A stretch of 64,000 nt of DNA from Saccostrea echinata. Lineage: Eukaryota. Every line of letters begins with the position of its first letter. Within the stretch, counting starts at the first letter, position 1. Positions 53,966 to 64,000 of this stretch are shown here, piece after piece. The position numbers and the translations under genes are program-made. The notes under the pieces were generated by a model. That model was not told where the DNA came from. It ran no database searches and saw nothing but the letters and a program-made list of their open reading frames with translations. Where the stretch lies: contig NW_026889803.1 of the NCBI RefSeq assembly GCF_033153115.1, positions 62,992,001 to 63,056,000 of the forward strand. Direction: 5' to 3'.

Positions 53966-54839
53966 GGCGAAAGTTGTGTCATAAAAGTGTATTTCTAAAA
54001 AATGAAGCGAAGACCCACTCATATCGAAAAATTGTGTTATAGTATGAGAAAATTATCCATTTTGCCCTCTTTAGTGTGTGTATGCTATTTTATAGGCAAA
54101 AAATTTCAATCTTTGTGAGACCTTTGCATATTTTGAAGATTTTACATAGACTTTAATTTTAGATAAAATATCAAAGAAAATTTTGTTATAATTGAGATTC
54201 AATTTTTCATGTTTGTCGCACTATTTGCACTTCGATCGCCTTGTTCGTCCGTCTTCTTTTATGCCTCTCACTGTGGTGATTTTTTAAGAGTATTCATGCC
54301 TTTACGTGTCAACAACACTCCTAAAACAATTTTTAAAATGACTTCAAAGATACTTCAAATTTTAATTCAATTATATTATTTTTACCAATCTTGAATTAAA
54401 ATGAGCCCCTATGATCTAAAAGGTATACCATATATTGAGTTGCAGAAACATGCATGAACTTAAATACATGTACATAATGCAATGCAACTTTTACGTCTTA
54501 CAACTTTCAGGGTGTAATGTTTTCTTGTAAATATAATCTACCCAGCGCTTACAGAAGTTTATGATATTAGAGGCTTGTCTTCCGGATTGTTAAATGTAAT
54601 ATAAATTAAAAATATTGAATCTATACTTTAAATACACTTAAAAAGTTGTTACAATAAAGATTCTGGCACTTTCAGACAAGAAATACCATTTTCTTTTTTT
54701 TTAAAAAGTAGCACACCTATATATATAAACACTGTAAGGGACGTAAGGTTTCGTCTTGGAAAAAATAACACCCACCCACTTCAGCGCATATTTCTGGAAT
54801 CTTAAGTATTAATTTATTTCGTTGTTAATGTTCTTTCCG

Positions 54840-55188
54840 AGGCCGTAACGGGGCCACTCAAATCACAAGCGGATCCAGGGTAGATTCCTGATTAGGGTGC
54901 TCCGGGGGGGGGGGGGGGGTCCCGAAACCTAAGTTTTTAGCAATTAACTTAAAGACTTAATCTTTGAAAAATATTTTCATTTTTTGAATTTACATGTGTT
55001 CTTAATTATAATGAAGCACCTGGTGAGATGATGGATTTACAGAAAGTGAAACAAAAGTTGAAAGTATTAATTTAGTACAAAGACAAACGTAATTAATTAA
55101 AGTTTAAAGTAAAAAAAATCATTTTTCAGAAAACCCTAAAATTTTATTGAGGCATTTGCCTCACTTGCCTCAATGGTAGTTACGGCCT
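54840..55188. mobile_element. MITE related to 5957-6428
   Basis: aggccgtaac ... gttacggcct TIRs. The 3' end gaggcatttgcctcacttgcctcaatgg resembles 6388-6414. Confidence 0.65.
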
Positions 55189-56659
55189 TGCTTTCCCCTA
55201 CAGTGATTATTTTTCTAAATGTTGATGTGTCCGTCAGTCGTCACTTAGCACTAGTTCAATCAACAGAAAACTCTATAGGTGTGGTACTTTTTTTTAAAAA
55301 ATGGTATTTCTTGTCTGTAATCTTAAGCAAATCTTTAACATAAGCAGATTTTAAAATACCCATGGATATGAATAAATGAGCCCTAATTTTTTTTCCGCAT
55401 GTTTAACTCATGTAAAGTTAAACATATTAGATTGATGAAGTACATTTTCATAGTTGTAATTTCTTCTGAAATTGGTAAGAAAATGAACATTTGCGCTGTG
55501 TTTTTTTTTTATCTCCTTCCTTCATATTTTTAAAATACTTGGTACGTGAGAGGTTCAGTTTGCCTGGACATAACGATAGAAACATTCAACACAAGCCGTA
55601 ATACTTTCACCAAACTGAGTCCCGTATTTTCTTTTGTTAGTTTTTCTTTCTTTCTTTTTTCGCAATACTAGTAGATAGAGATGCATCGCCCTAGAGTAAG
55701 AACAATGAGACGAGGGAGTGTCCAAGCGAAATAAATCTTACTCTGGCTCTCTTGTAATTTATAGCTTTGCTCTCCTGCGCTCTTTAAACCTATAAAAGTA
55801 CTTCCATAAATCATCAAAACTTTGAGTCGGATATTGTACTTTATTCTTTATATGCTCACAGAAAAATTAATGAATTCTTCCAATCTCTTGCCAAGTTTCA
55901 TCTTGTTAACAGGGCAATTCATATTATGTTGATAGGCCAATACACGTGACATTCTGTACTTATGATAAAACTACTGTAAATTTTTTATCACAAAGACTTA
56001 GAGAGATGAAGAACTCTCTAAATTATTCTTCCTCAAATTTTCCAAAGACAAACATTTATCTCCAACTAGAGGAATCAATGCAACGAATGTACAAGGTATA
56101 GGAGAAAATTTTATTGAGGTACATCATGAATATACATCTGTATATAAATCAAATGACAATCAGTCGACAGGAAATTCAATTCAACATATAAGATTACTGG
56201 AAAAAAATCAAACAAATATGAATTTAATGACTGTTCTCTTTTTACATTATACATGTATAAATTATCTATGAATATGAACAAAATATTGAAATAAAGATAA
56301 TAAATCATGCAAAATAAAAGCAAGCCTTCACAATCCAGATATTTAATATATCCATGCAATACATGTACAAATGATCTGTTCCTACTGAGAGATACAGGTT
56401 TCCACGACAATAAAAATCATTGTTTACAAATGGGATGATATTTGAAAAACAACATAAAAAACAATGAACTTTAAATTAAATTCCAAGAGAAATGGATACA
56501 TAAACATCACGTAAAAATATTGAAATCTTGCCTTGATCACGACAAAAAGTTTGAAATTTGTTATGAAAATTACGGAAGGCAGTCTAGAGTCAAGAATCAA
56601 GAATCAAACTAAAAGAAATTTCAATTCCGTTTTTCATGGTTATTTTTTCCGGTGGTGGT

Positions 56660-59230
56660 CTACCATGGACAATCACGGAGACGTTTTCCTCTGAGAACAG
56701 GTCTGAAGGCAGCAAAATCCTTCCCCAATTTGCGTGGAAACTCTGGCGAAAGAAAATGCGCTCTTTCATGACGATATCCTTGGCGACGCAGCATTCTTCG
56801 ATAATGAGGCTCAAAATCACGGCCACGGGGTCTTCCCCGGAAGACATCTCGACCACATCTTCTTCCCTGGAGTGCATTTTCTTGGTTGTGAGTACTGCAC
56901 TGCTTGAAAATTCTGCAAATTTTCCGTGCTAGCTTTCTAGGCCTAATTTTCATGTCGTCATTCATTTTAACTTTTAAAGTGAGAACTCCGAAGTCGTGTT
57001 CTATAACTCTGCTTTTTTTGCCATGGCAGGTACCATCTTTGTGCGTAGCACGGTTGCATTTTCTTTGACCTTTCTCTTCTATGGGAGTTTCATCTTCTTC
57101 CATATTTTCCTGGTTTTTATTTTTATTTTCTTGTGACTCATTGAGAATCCCCTTATCTCCACATCCGTGCTTGCAGTGATATTTTCTTGCTTCTTCAGAT
57201 TGATTATTTTCATCTGACCCATCATCTTTATAATGATGTCGACGATTTCTGCATTTTCTCCTTTCTTCCCCTTCCTTACCATCCTTGATAGTCATGGTTT
57301 CAACAAGTTCAGAAATCCCAGGCTCCGTATCGTATTCATTCCGGGATGTCAAAACATCAGATTTCTTCTACTCTTCATTTGCAAGCATTGTGGCTCTTCT
57401 TCGATAGCTTTTACAGCGCCGGCCAAGACATTTTTTCTCTTTTCCACCGGCAGAATCTGTAGAAGATTCACAGACATGTATAGGCAAACCATTCACCTTA
57501 AACCTCAGGAAAGACTTTCTATTTCGGTTTCTACCTGGTCTGCATCTCTTACTAGCTAGCATCTCGTCGTCCTTTTCTCGTCTGCACACAGCAACAGATG
57601 CTGAGCGCCTGCATCTTTTTCCTTTTCCATGCATCATCAAACTGAATTCCCTAAGGTTTTTTCCATACAGACGAGTAGGTGGAGCTGACCTTGCTCGTCT
57701 GCAGGACTTCTTCTCTCGGCAATATCCTCTAACATTTTCCCGATCTCTCCTTGAGTGGCAATTCTCATTGACCACCGATGCACCGAAATGTCGGACAGGG
57801 CGCTGATCGTGTCTCAGACTCCAGCGATCCCTGTTCCAGCGGTACCAGCCACCAGTCATTTTTGGACAAGTTCTACTGGACACTGGAATCTGGTCCCCAT
57901 CTTGACATGTTAACGACCATTGTTGTCGTCTGCCACACCGGTATCCATGATTGTTATCCCCAGGGTGATCGAATTTTTCGCGATTTTCTACTTTGCGACG
58001 TAAGTACCTCCGCGTTCTTTTTTCGGAGGGAGGGTGGTCATTCATCAGTTGTTTTCTTAACCTTGGAAATGACACAGGACTTTGGCCATTGTCGAAACTT
58101 TTCCAATGACGTCGACGACGCTGCCATCTCAGGGGACAGAACTCGTCCGAAGTCAGATTATCCTTCAATAAAAATGAAACTTAAGATTACGATTTAGATC
58201 TTTGAATATGTACCTTGTTACAGTATGAGATTGTACATCAAAATTAAAGATTAAACAGTGAAACACTGTTTGATTTTCAAGATTCACAACCGATAATACG
58301 ACATTCATATAACATGATGAATCCTGAAGAAAGAGCTGATTGTAGACAGTCCGCCTTACTATTCGACATGTGAGCACATTTTCAAAATTGGATCTTTTTA
58401 TGCATTAAAAGCTTTTTATACTCGGAAAAAAATTCAGTTTATAACTACATGTATTTCTGACCAAGGAACAAAAACCAAAATGAATAAGAAATAAAATGGA
58501 AAAAAAAAAAAAATCATATTTTACCATTTCATTATCACCTCTGTGGTCCGTTCCCTCCTTTCTCGAGTGATCTGTAAAACACATCATTGCAATAGTCAGA
58601 TGATAACATGTAACAGTTTTTAATTTCTCAAAAATATGATAGTTAATTAAGAACAGCTATAATCAATATTTTACATTTGTATTTACCTTCAATTCTTTGA
58701 AGAAAAATTCTCAGGGTCTCCTCGTTTGCGCTCTTCGTCGCCTCTCGGAACTCCTCATCACTCGACATTGTGATTAGGTCACTCTCGTCATCTGCAATAT
58801 TGTTATATAAATATTTAAAATATTTTTATAAGGATTATTTCAGCTATAGGTTAAACACCACTTCAAGGAAAATGTTCTGGGGGAAATTACAAAAGCTGTA
58901 ATTAATATGAACTTCTGTTTACTCATTCCGTGCACGGATTTGCATTTAAGTTCATCTGCATTCATTAAACTTTCCATAACTTGACAATGAGTACTAAAAT
59001 ACCCAATGTTGTAAAAAAAAAAAAAAAACAAACAAACTTTCGGGAACCAAATGGTTGATAAAAAAGACAAATATCTTACCTTTCCAATAGAGCGTATAAG
59101 TTCCAGTGGTCTTTCCAAACAATTCTGACACCTTTCTCTCAAATTCAGCAAAATCTGGTTGATTTTCCAGCGTCATCCGTCTTATTTCTGGCTCTTCGGC
59201 AGACATCAGGGTTACTTTCACTTTTATCAT
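56660..59230 (-). pseudogene. PB1-basic-tail protein, copy B, with an in-frame TAG at 57370-57368 (truncated gene, pseudogene or null allele)
   Basis: Exons 59230-59080, 58791-58687, 58571-58525, 58162-56660 are colinear with copy A. The frame continues after the TAG to the same DCPW* end. Confidence 0.75.
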
Positions 59231-59389
59231 GATTTGTTGATACACGTGGTTTTGTTTACAAACAAATAGCTCCTTGAATTAATTTACTTTTAACAAGAAA
59301 ATTTTAACGGTACCTTTTTGGAGTTTGATAGTCTTATACGTTCAGCTGCTATCAAATATTCACCTCGGCGCTTCTACGCTCAATGGCGC

Positions 59390-59790
59390 TCTGGGCGCCT
59401 TTATATAGGCGCCGTGTTGAGTCATGTGACTGGTATTTCGTAATTGAGTCACGTGAGGGGTCATGGTAAGTTCATATCTCATTAATATTCATTATTGACA
59501 ACATTTAAAAAACACTATTTTTCAATAATTTCAATACTTTTCTGCAAGGTAAAGTTGCAGAAAAATCGTCTAAATAAATCTTTGTATAATACATTTCAAT
59601 TAATGCCTGAAAGATGAGATATAATGACTTATTAGACCTGCTAATTTAAATATTCATTATGTGTGGGTTGGCGGAAATATAAGATTTAGAACATTCTCGA
59701 TAACGGAAAAACATTTTTAGAATTAATCACATGACTATTATTAGCGCCCTATAAAAGCGCCATATGGCGCAAAGGCGCACTACCTGACGC
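59390..59790. promoter_or_regulatory. Bidirectional promoter between PB1 genes B and C
   Basis: Minus-strand TATA at about 59400-59407, TGAGTCA 59418 and 59445, GTCATGTGAC 59421, TCACGTGA 59449, aGAAcaTTCtcGA 59688, TCACATGAC 59727, TATAAAA 59750. Confidence 0.72.
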
Positions 59791-59917
59791 CGATACTTTT
59801 CAAGGACAAGTTGTTGAAATATATACTTGCTATACTTTAATTTTTTTACTGTATTAATCACGTTTGATATTTAAAGTTACTAAACGAACTGAATAATTTT
59901 AAAAGTACACGTGAAAA

Positions 59918-61024
59918 ATGAAAGTAAATATTATATCCGAAATGGGTGTAATTCGTGATTTTGATTTTGTTGATGGAAGTTTTGACTATACATCGTTGTT
60001 GACAGTAACAAAAGAAAATTTTCCCCATATAAAGAGGTATGCCCTTCTGTGGAAAGGTATGTAAAAAGAACTTATATATATATAAAAGAGTACGATCTAT
60101 AAATAAGAATTAACGGGATATGTTTCATTGATTATAAATTTCTTATTCATTCCATTCATATTTTTATGGAAAATGTGATATTCTTTTATACTGCAGGGTT
60201 AGTTTTAAAATGATTTTTAAGTTTAGTAGAGGTTGGGTAAATAAATAAAGTATCTTTTAAGAGAATATTATTTTAAATCAATTACAGACAGTGATGGAGA
60301 TAAGATTACGCTTTCGTCCCAAGAAGAGCTGAATGAAGCGGTAACCTACAGAACAGAGGAGGAACTTGATATCTATATAACAGGTATATACATTGGAATC
60401 TAATTAATATCAAACATTAGTATCTCTTTTTGTAGATAAATGCCATGTATTGAAATATTATGTGTTCACAAAGGTCTACTACTATTCTTTATTTTCCATA
60501 TAAATCTATATAGCATTGTTAACTTTGGGATCGGGGAATTTAAATTTTATCGGTCCATTTTGTCATTTTTCAATGGTTTTTCTTTTTGACTGTACATCAA
60601 TCCTCCTTACCCTGACGGAAAAAATCTGGATCTTTTTTTACTTCTTAATTTAAATGATTTTTTTTTTCTTTCAGAAATCTCTGATGAAATTTCGAGTAGG
60701 TTGTACCGTACAGATGAGGAAATTGGTTTGGACATTGATGACAGTATCACACATCACAATGCACATCAAACAAACCCTCGATGGGACAGAAGAAAATGTT
60801 ATAAAAGAATTAAAGCGGTAACGGAGAAGACTCCAGACAATCTGCCGGATTTCTTTTCAATTTCTAAAGTTCCGTGTAGAATCAAGCGACGTCTGAAGAG
60901 AAGCGACAGGAAGTGTCTACGTCATCGGATTAGAGCAAGCAGCTGCTACCCACGTCAAAAACATGGCGGTAGAAAACGTCTGCGTGATGTAAATAAATCG
61001 CTAGAAAACATGTCCATTTCATGA
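59918..61024 (+). CDS. Short divergent PB1-basic-tail protein, copy C (about 194 aa)
   Basis: Exons 59918-60056, 60288-60383, 60675-61024. Translation MKVNIISEMGVIRDF...LLWKDSDGDKITLSSQEELNEAV. It has the same phase-1 intron at WK|D as A and B, and an Arg/Cys-rich tail. Confidence 0.85.
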
Positions 61025-61559
61025 TCTACATTTGTGTTGACCCAGAGCTGCAGCTGATGATTTAATCAGCTAAACTTTGGATCTAATCGGCAACACAAAG
61101 CAAGCCTCTGGAATAACATATTTCATTTTAAAATTATAATTAAAATGTTTCTTCCACTGCATGTCATTCTCATGATGGTTTAAATGTATTGTAGACAAAA
61201 TAAATGTATTCCTAATTTCCTGTTTATCTGTGTTGTGTTTTTGAGATTGATCATTCCTCTTATCTTCACCTTTTTCATTCTTGTTAATCAGCATTACACT
61301 ATACTAGTCTAGTACATATATTCCGAAGCTGACTGACATGATTTCAAAGTCTAAATCCTCTAGATTCCTATCCCCCAAGAAAGAAATGTAAGAGAAAGAC
61401 CATTTGATTCAAAGGGGGGGAGGGGGGGTGGCAGATTTTGGAAATAATAAAGACAATAGAGGAAGTTCAATCTGATTATCATTTTTTCCCACTGCATGGT
61501 GTTCAAATTAAGTTTTCTATAATCTATTTGCCTTACTAATACAATGATGCAACAAGGGA

Positions 61560-62708
61560 TTTTTTTATGCCCCCGGATCGAAAGATCCCGAGGGTATATT
61601 GTTTTTGTCCTGTCTGTCTGTTTGTTTGTCTGTCTGTTGTCAACTTTAACCTTGCCCATAACTTTTGATTGGTTGGAGCTATGACTTTCATATTTCACAT
61701 GTGTATTCCTTGTGACAAGACCTTTCTTTGGGTACCATCATATTTGACCTTGACCTTGGAGTTTGACCCACTTTTGCAAAATTTTATGAGACTTTAACCT
61801 TGGCCATAACTTCTGAACAGTTGGAGCTTGGGGTTTCAAACTTCACATGTGTATTCTTTGTGACAAGGCCTTCTTTTGGATACCAACCACTTTGACCTTT
61901 TGACCTTGGACTTTGACCTACTTTTGAAAAACTTTAACCTTGGCCATAACTTTTGAACAGTTGGTGCTTAGGGTTTCAAACTTCACATGTGTATTCCTTG
62001 TGACAAGACCTTCCTCTGGATATCAACCACTTTGAACCTTTTGACCTTGACCTAGGAGTTTGACCTACTTTTGAAAAACTTCAACCTTGGCCATAACTTT
62101 TGAATGGTTGGAGCTAGGGCTTTCATACTTCACATATGTAATCCTTGTGACAAGACCTTCCTTTGAATACCAACGACTTTGACCTTTTGACCTTGACCTA
62201 GGAGTTTGACCTACTTTTGAAAAACTTTAACCTTAGCCATAACTCTTGAAAGGTTGATGCTAGGGCTTTCATACTTCACATATGTAATCCTTGTGACAAG
62301 ACCTTCCTTTGGATACCAACCACTTTGACCCTTTGACCTTGACCTAGGAGTTTGACCTACTTTTGAAAAACTTTAACCTTGGCCATAACTTTTGAATGGT
62401 TGGTGCTAGGGCTTTCATACTTCACATATGTAATCCTTGTGACGAGATCTTCCTTTGGATACCAACCACTTTGACCTTGACCTTGACGTTTGACTTTTAT
62501 TTAAAAAACTTTAACCTTCACCATAACTTTTGAACAGTTGTATCTAGGTCTTTCAAATTTCACAGGTGTTTTCCTCGAGTCAAGATCTTTCTTTGGGTAT
62601 CAACATTTTTTATCTTTTGGCCTGGATTTTGACTTGCATTTGAGAAACTTTAACCTTCGACATAAGCTACTATACGGGGGCATAGTGTTTCACAAACACA
62701 TCTTGTTT
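61560..62708. mobile_element. Full-length HINE-type element, third family, reverse orientation
   Basis: ttttatgcccccggatcgaaagatccc hairpin end, a tgtc tract, about 150-bp units, and a gtgtttcacaaacacatcttgtt end. Confidence 0.85.
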
Positions 62709-63359
62709 CTTCTTCTTTTTAGCCTGGAACCGTCCTCACTTTGCTATCTTTTAGTGTAAGCAAATTAAGGATCTTGGTTGCATGGGGTGTCAATGTTTTT
62801 GTAAAAAGGTTGGTTGTTGTAAGACTTGTTACATAACCAAGTCAAAGCTAGTTTGTAATCCAATACTTCTTATTTAGAAGTTATCCATTTTTAGCCATAA
62901 AAATGGGGGAAGGGGTGTTTCTTTTCTTTTTTTTCACCTGGGAAATGGAACAGACTCATACTATTTATATGAGGTAGAATAGTCTCTGACCATGACCCAC
63001 TGGCCTCTCAGATAATAATGGTTCCTAAAATTGTAAATTAATACACATAAATATTCAAAACCATAATTATATTTAATATTTTATTTTACTTTTGTCTATT
63101 TAGTAATGCACAACACCTCTTTCTCTCACTGATACACATTAACAACATGGATTTTCCTGTAAAACTTGGTCTCTTTACTGAAAAGAAAAGAAAATGTATT
63201 ATTGATACAAAGCATCCACTGTATGTATGTACGAGAAAAATGATACTTTTCAGGACAGTGCAAACTTTAGATTTAATTGCCAGAAATATAGATATAAAAT
63301 GAGAACTTCACAGTTTATCTACTGAGTATTTCATTTTTTCTAACATATAACATACCTCT

Positions 63360-63490
63360 CTAACCAAGGAAATTGATGACAACTAAATGAAGTATAACAT
63401 GTGCAAATATAAAGTCTGCAAAAGCTCTTTCTGGGCTGATTCCAACAAAATCTGTCTTGTTCTGGGGGTTGACCTGCAGCCTCAAACATA
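63360..63490 (-). CDS. DAD1: DAD1/OST2 oligosaccharyltransferase subunit, last coding exon
   Basis: After a ttttgcag acceptor the exon reads [42 protein letters not shown], the DAD1 C-terminus. It is absent from the ORF track. Confidence 0.95.
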
Positions 63491-63809
63491 CTGCAAAAAA
63501 AAAAGAATACTAAATAATTATCTTTAAACAGTACATATATATTACAAATGCTGTTATTACTTTGTCAATTACATGTATTTTATCATAAAGAACTACCACA
63601 TTAAATAGCTTAAGTTAATGAAGATATAAGGGTACCCTCTTCCAGCACGGGAGGGGCCTTGATTAAAATACATTCTACACAAGCTCCTTTCTAAATACAA
63701 CTTCATTCTTGCTGTGCAATTTCAGTAAGACCTAAACAGGAAGGATGAAAGTAAGGTTTAAGTTTGTCAGTGGAATCATAAGAATAATACTGAAGTGCAT
63801 ATTGTACTA

Positions 63810-64000
63810 CACTACAGTTAACACTCAAGGAGCTTTACTGTTCCTATGACTACAGTTAACACTCAAGGAGCTTTACTGTTCCTATGACTACAGTTAACAC
63901 TCAAGGAGCTTTACTGTTCCTATGGCTACTGTTAACACTTAAGGAGCTTTACTGTTCCTATGACTACAGTTAACACTCAAGGAGCTTTACTGTTCCTGTG
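63810..64000. repeat. 38-bp minisatellite in the DAD1 intron, running off the window
   Basis: actacagttaacactcaaggagctttactgttcctatg, about 5 copies. Confidence 0.9.

Noticed and set aside
63636-63731. Candidate exon upstream of the DAD1 last exon
   Set aside because: Stops in all frames and no DAD1 similarity.

Overview
AT-rich animal genomic DNA with spliceosomal introns. The Helentron-associated (HINE-type) satellite elements and an intronless nAChR suggest a bivalve, probably an oyster (inference). Genes from left to right: (1) an intronless nAChR alpha subunit nested antisense in an intron of (2) L-fucose kinase FCSK (minus strand, 9 coding exons in the window, one GC-AG intron); (3) ASTE1/asteroid with a single coding exon; (4) an orphan gene of small phase-0 exons into which three ASPM-like IQ-repeat exons fit in frame; (5) three genes encoding a p62/SQSTM1-like PB1 domain fused to Arg/Cys-rich basic tails, around a duplicated bidirectional promoter with CLEAR/M-box, AP-1-like and HSE-like motifs; (6) the last coding exon of DAD1. 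The most notable observations are the PB1-basic-tail cluster, the ASPM chimera, and two unrelated minisatellites in FCSK that are each built from an exon end plus its splice donor. All gene models were spliced and translated by eye. Repeat boundaries and copy numbers are approximate.
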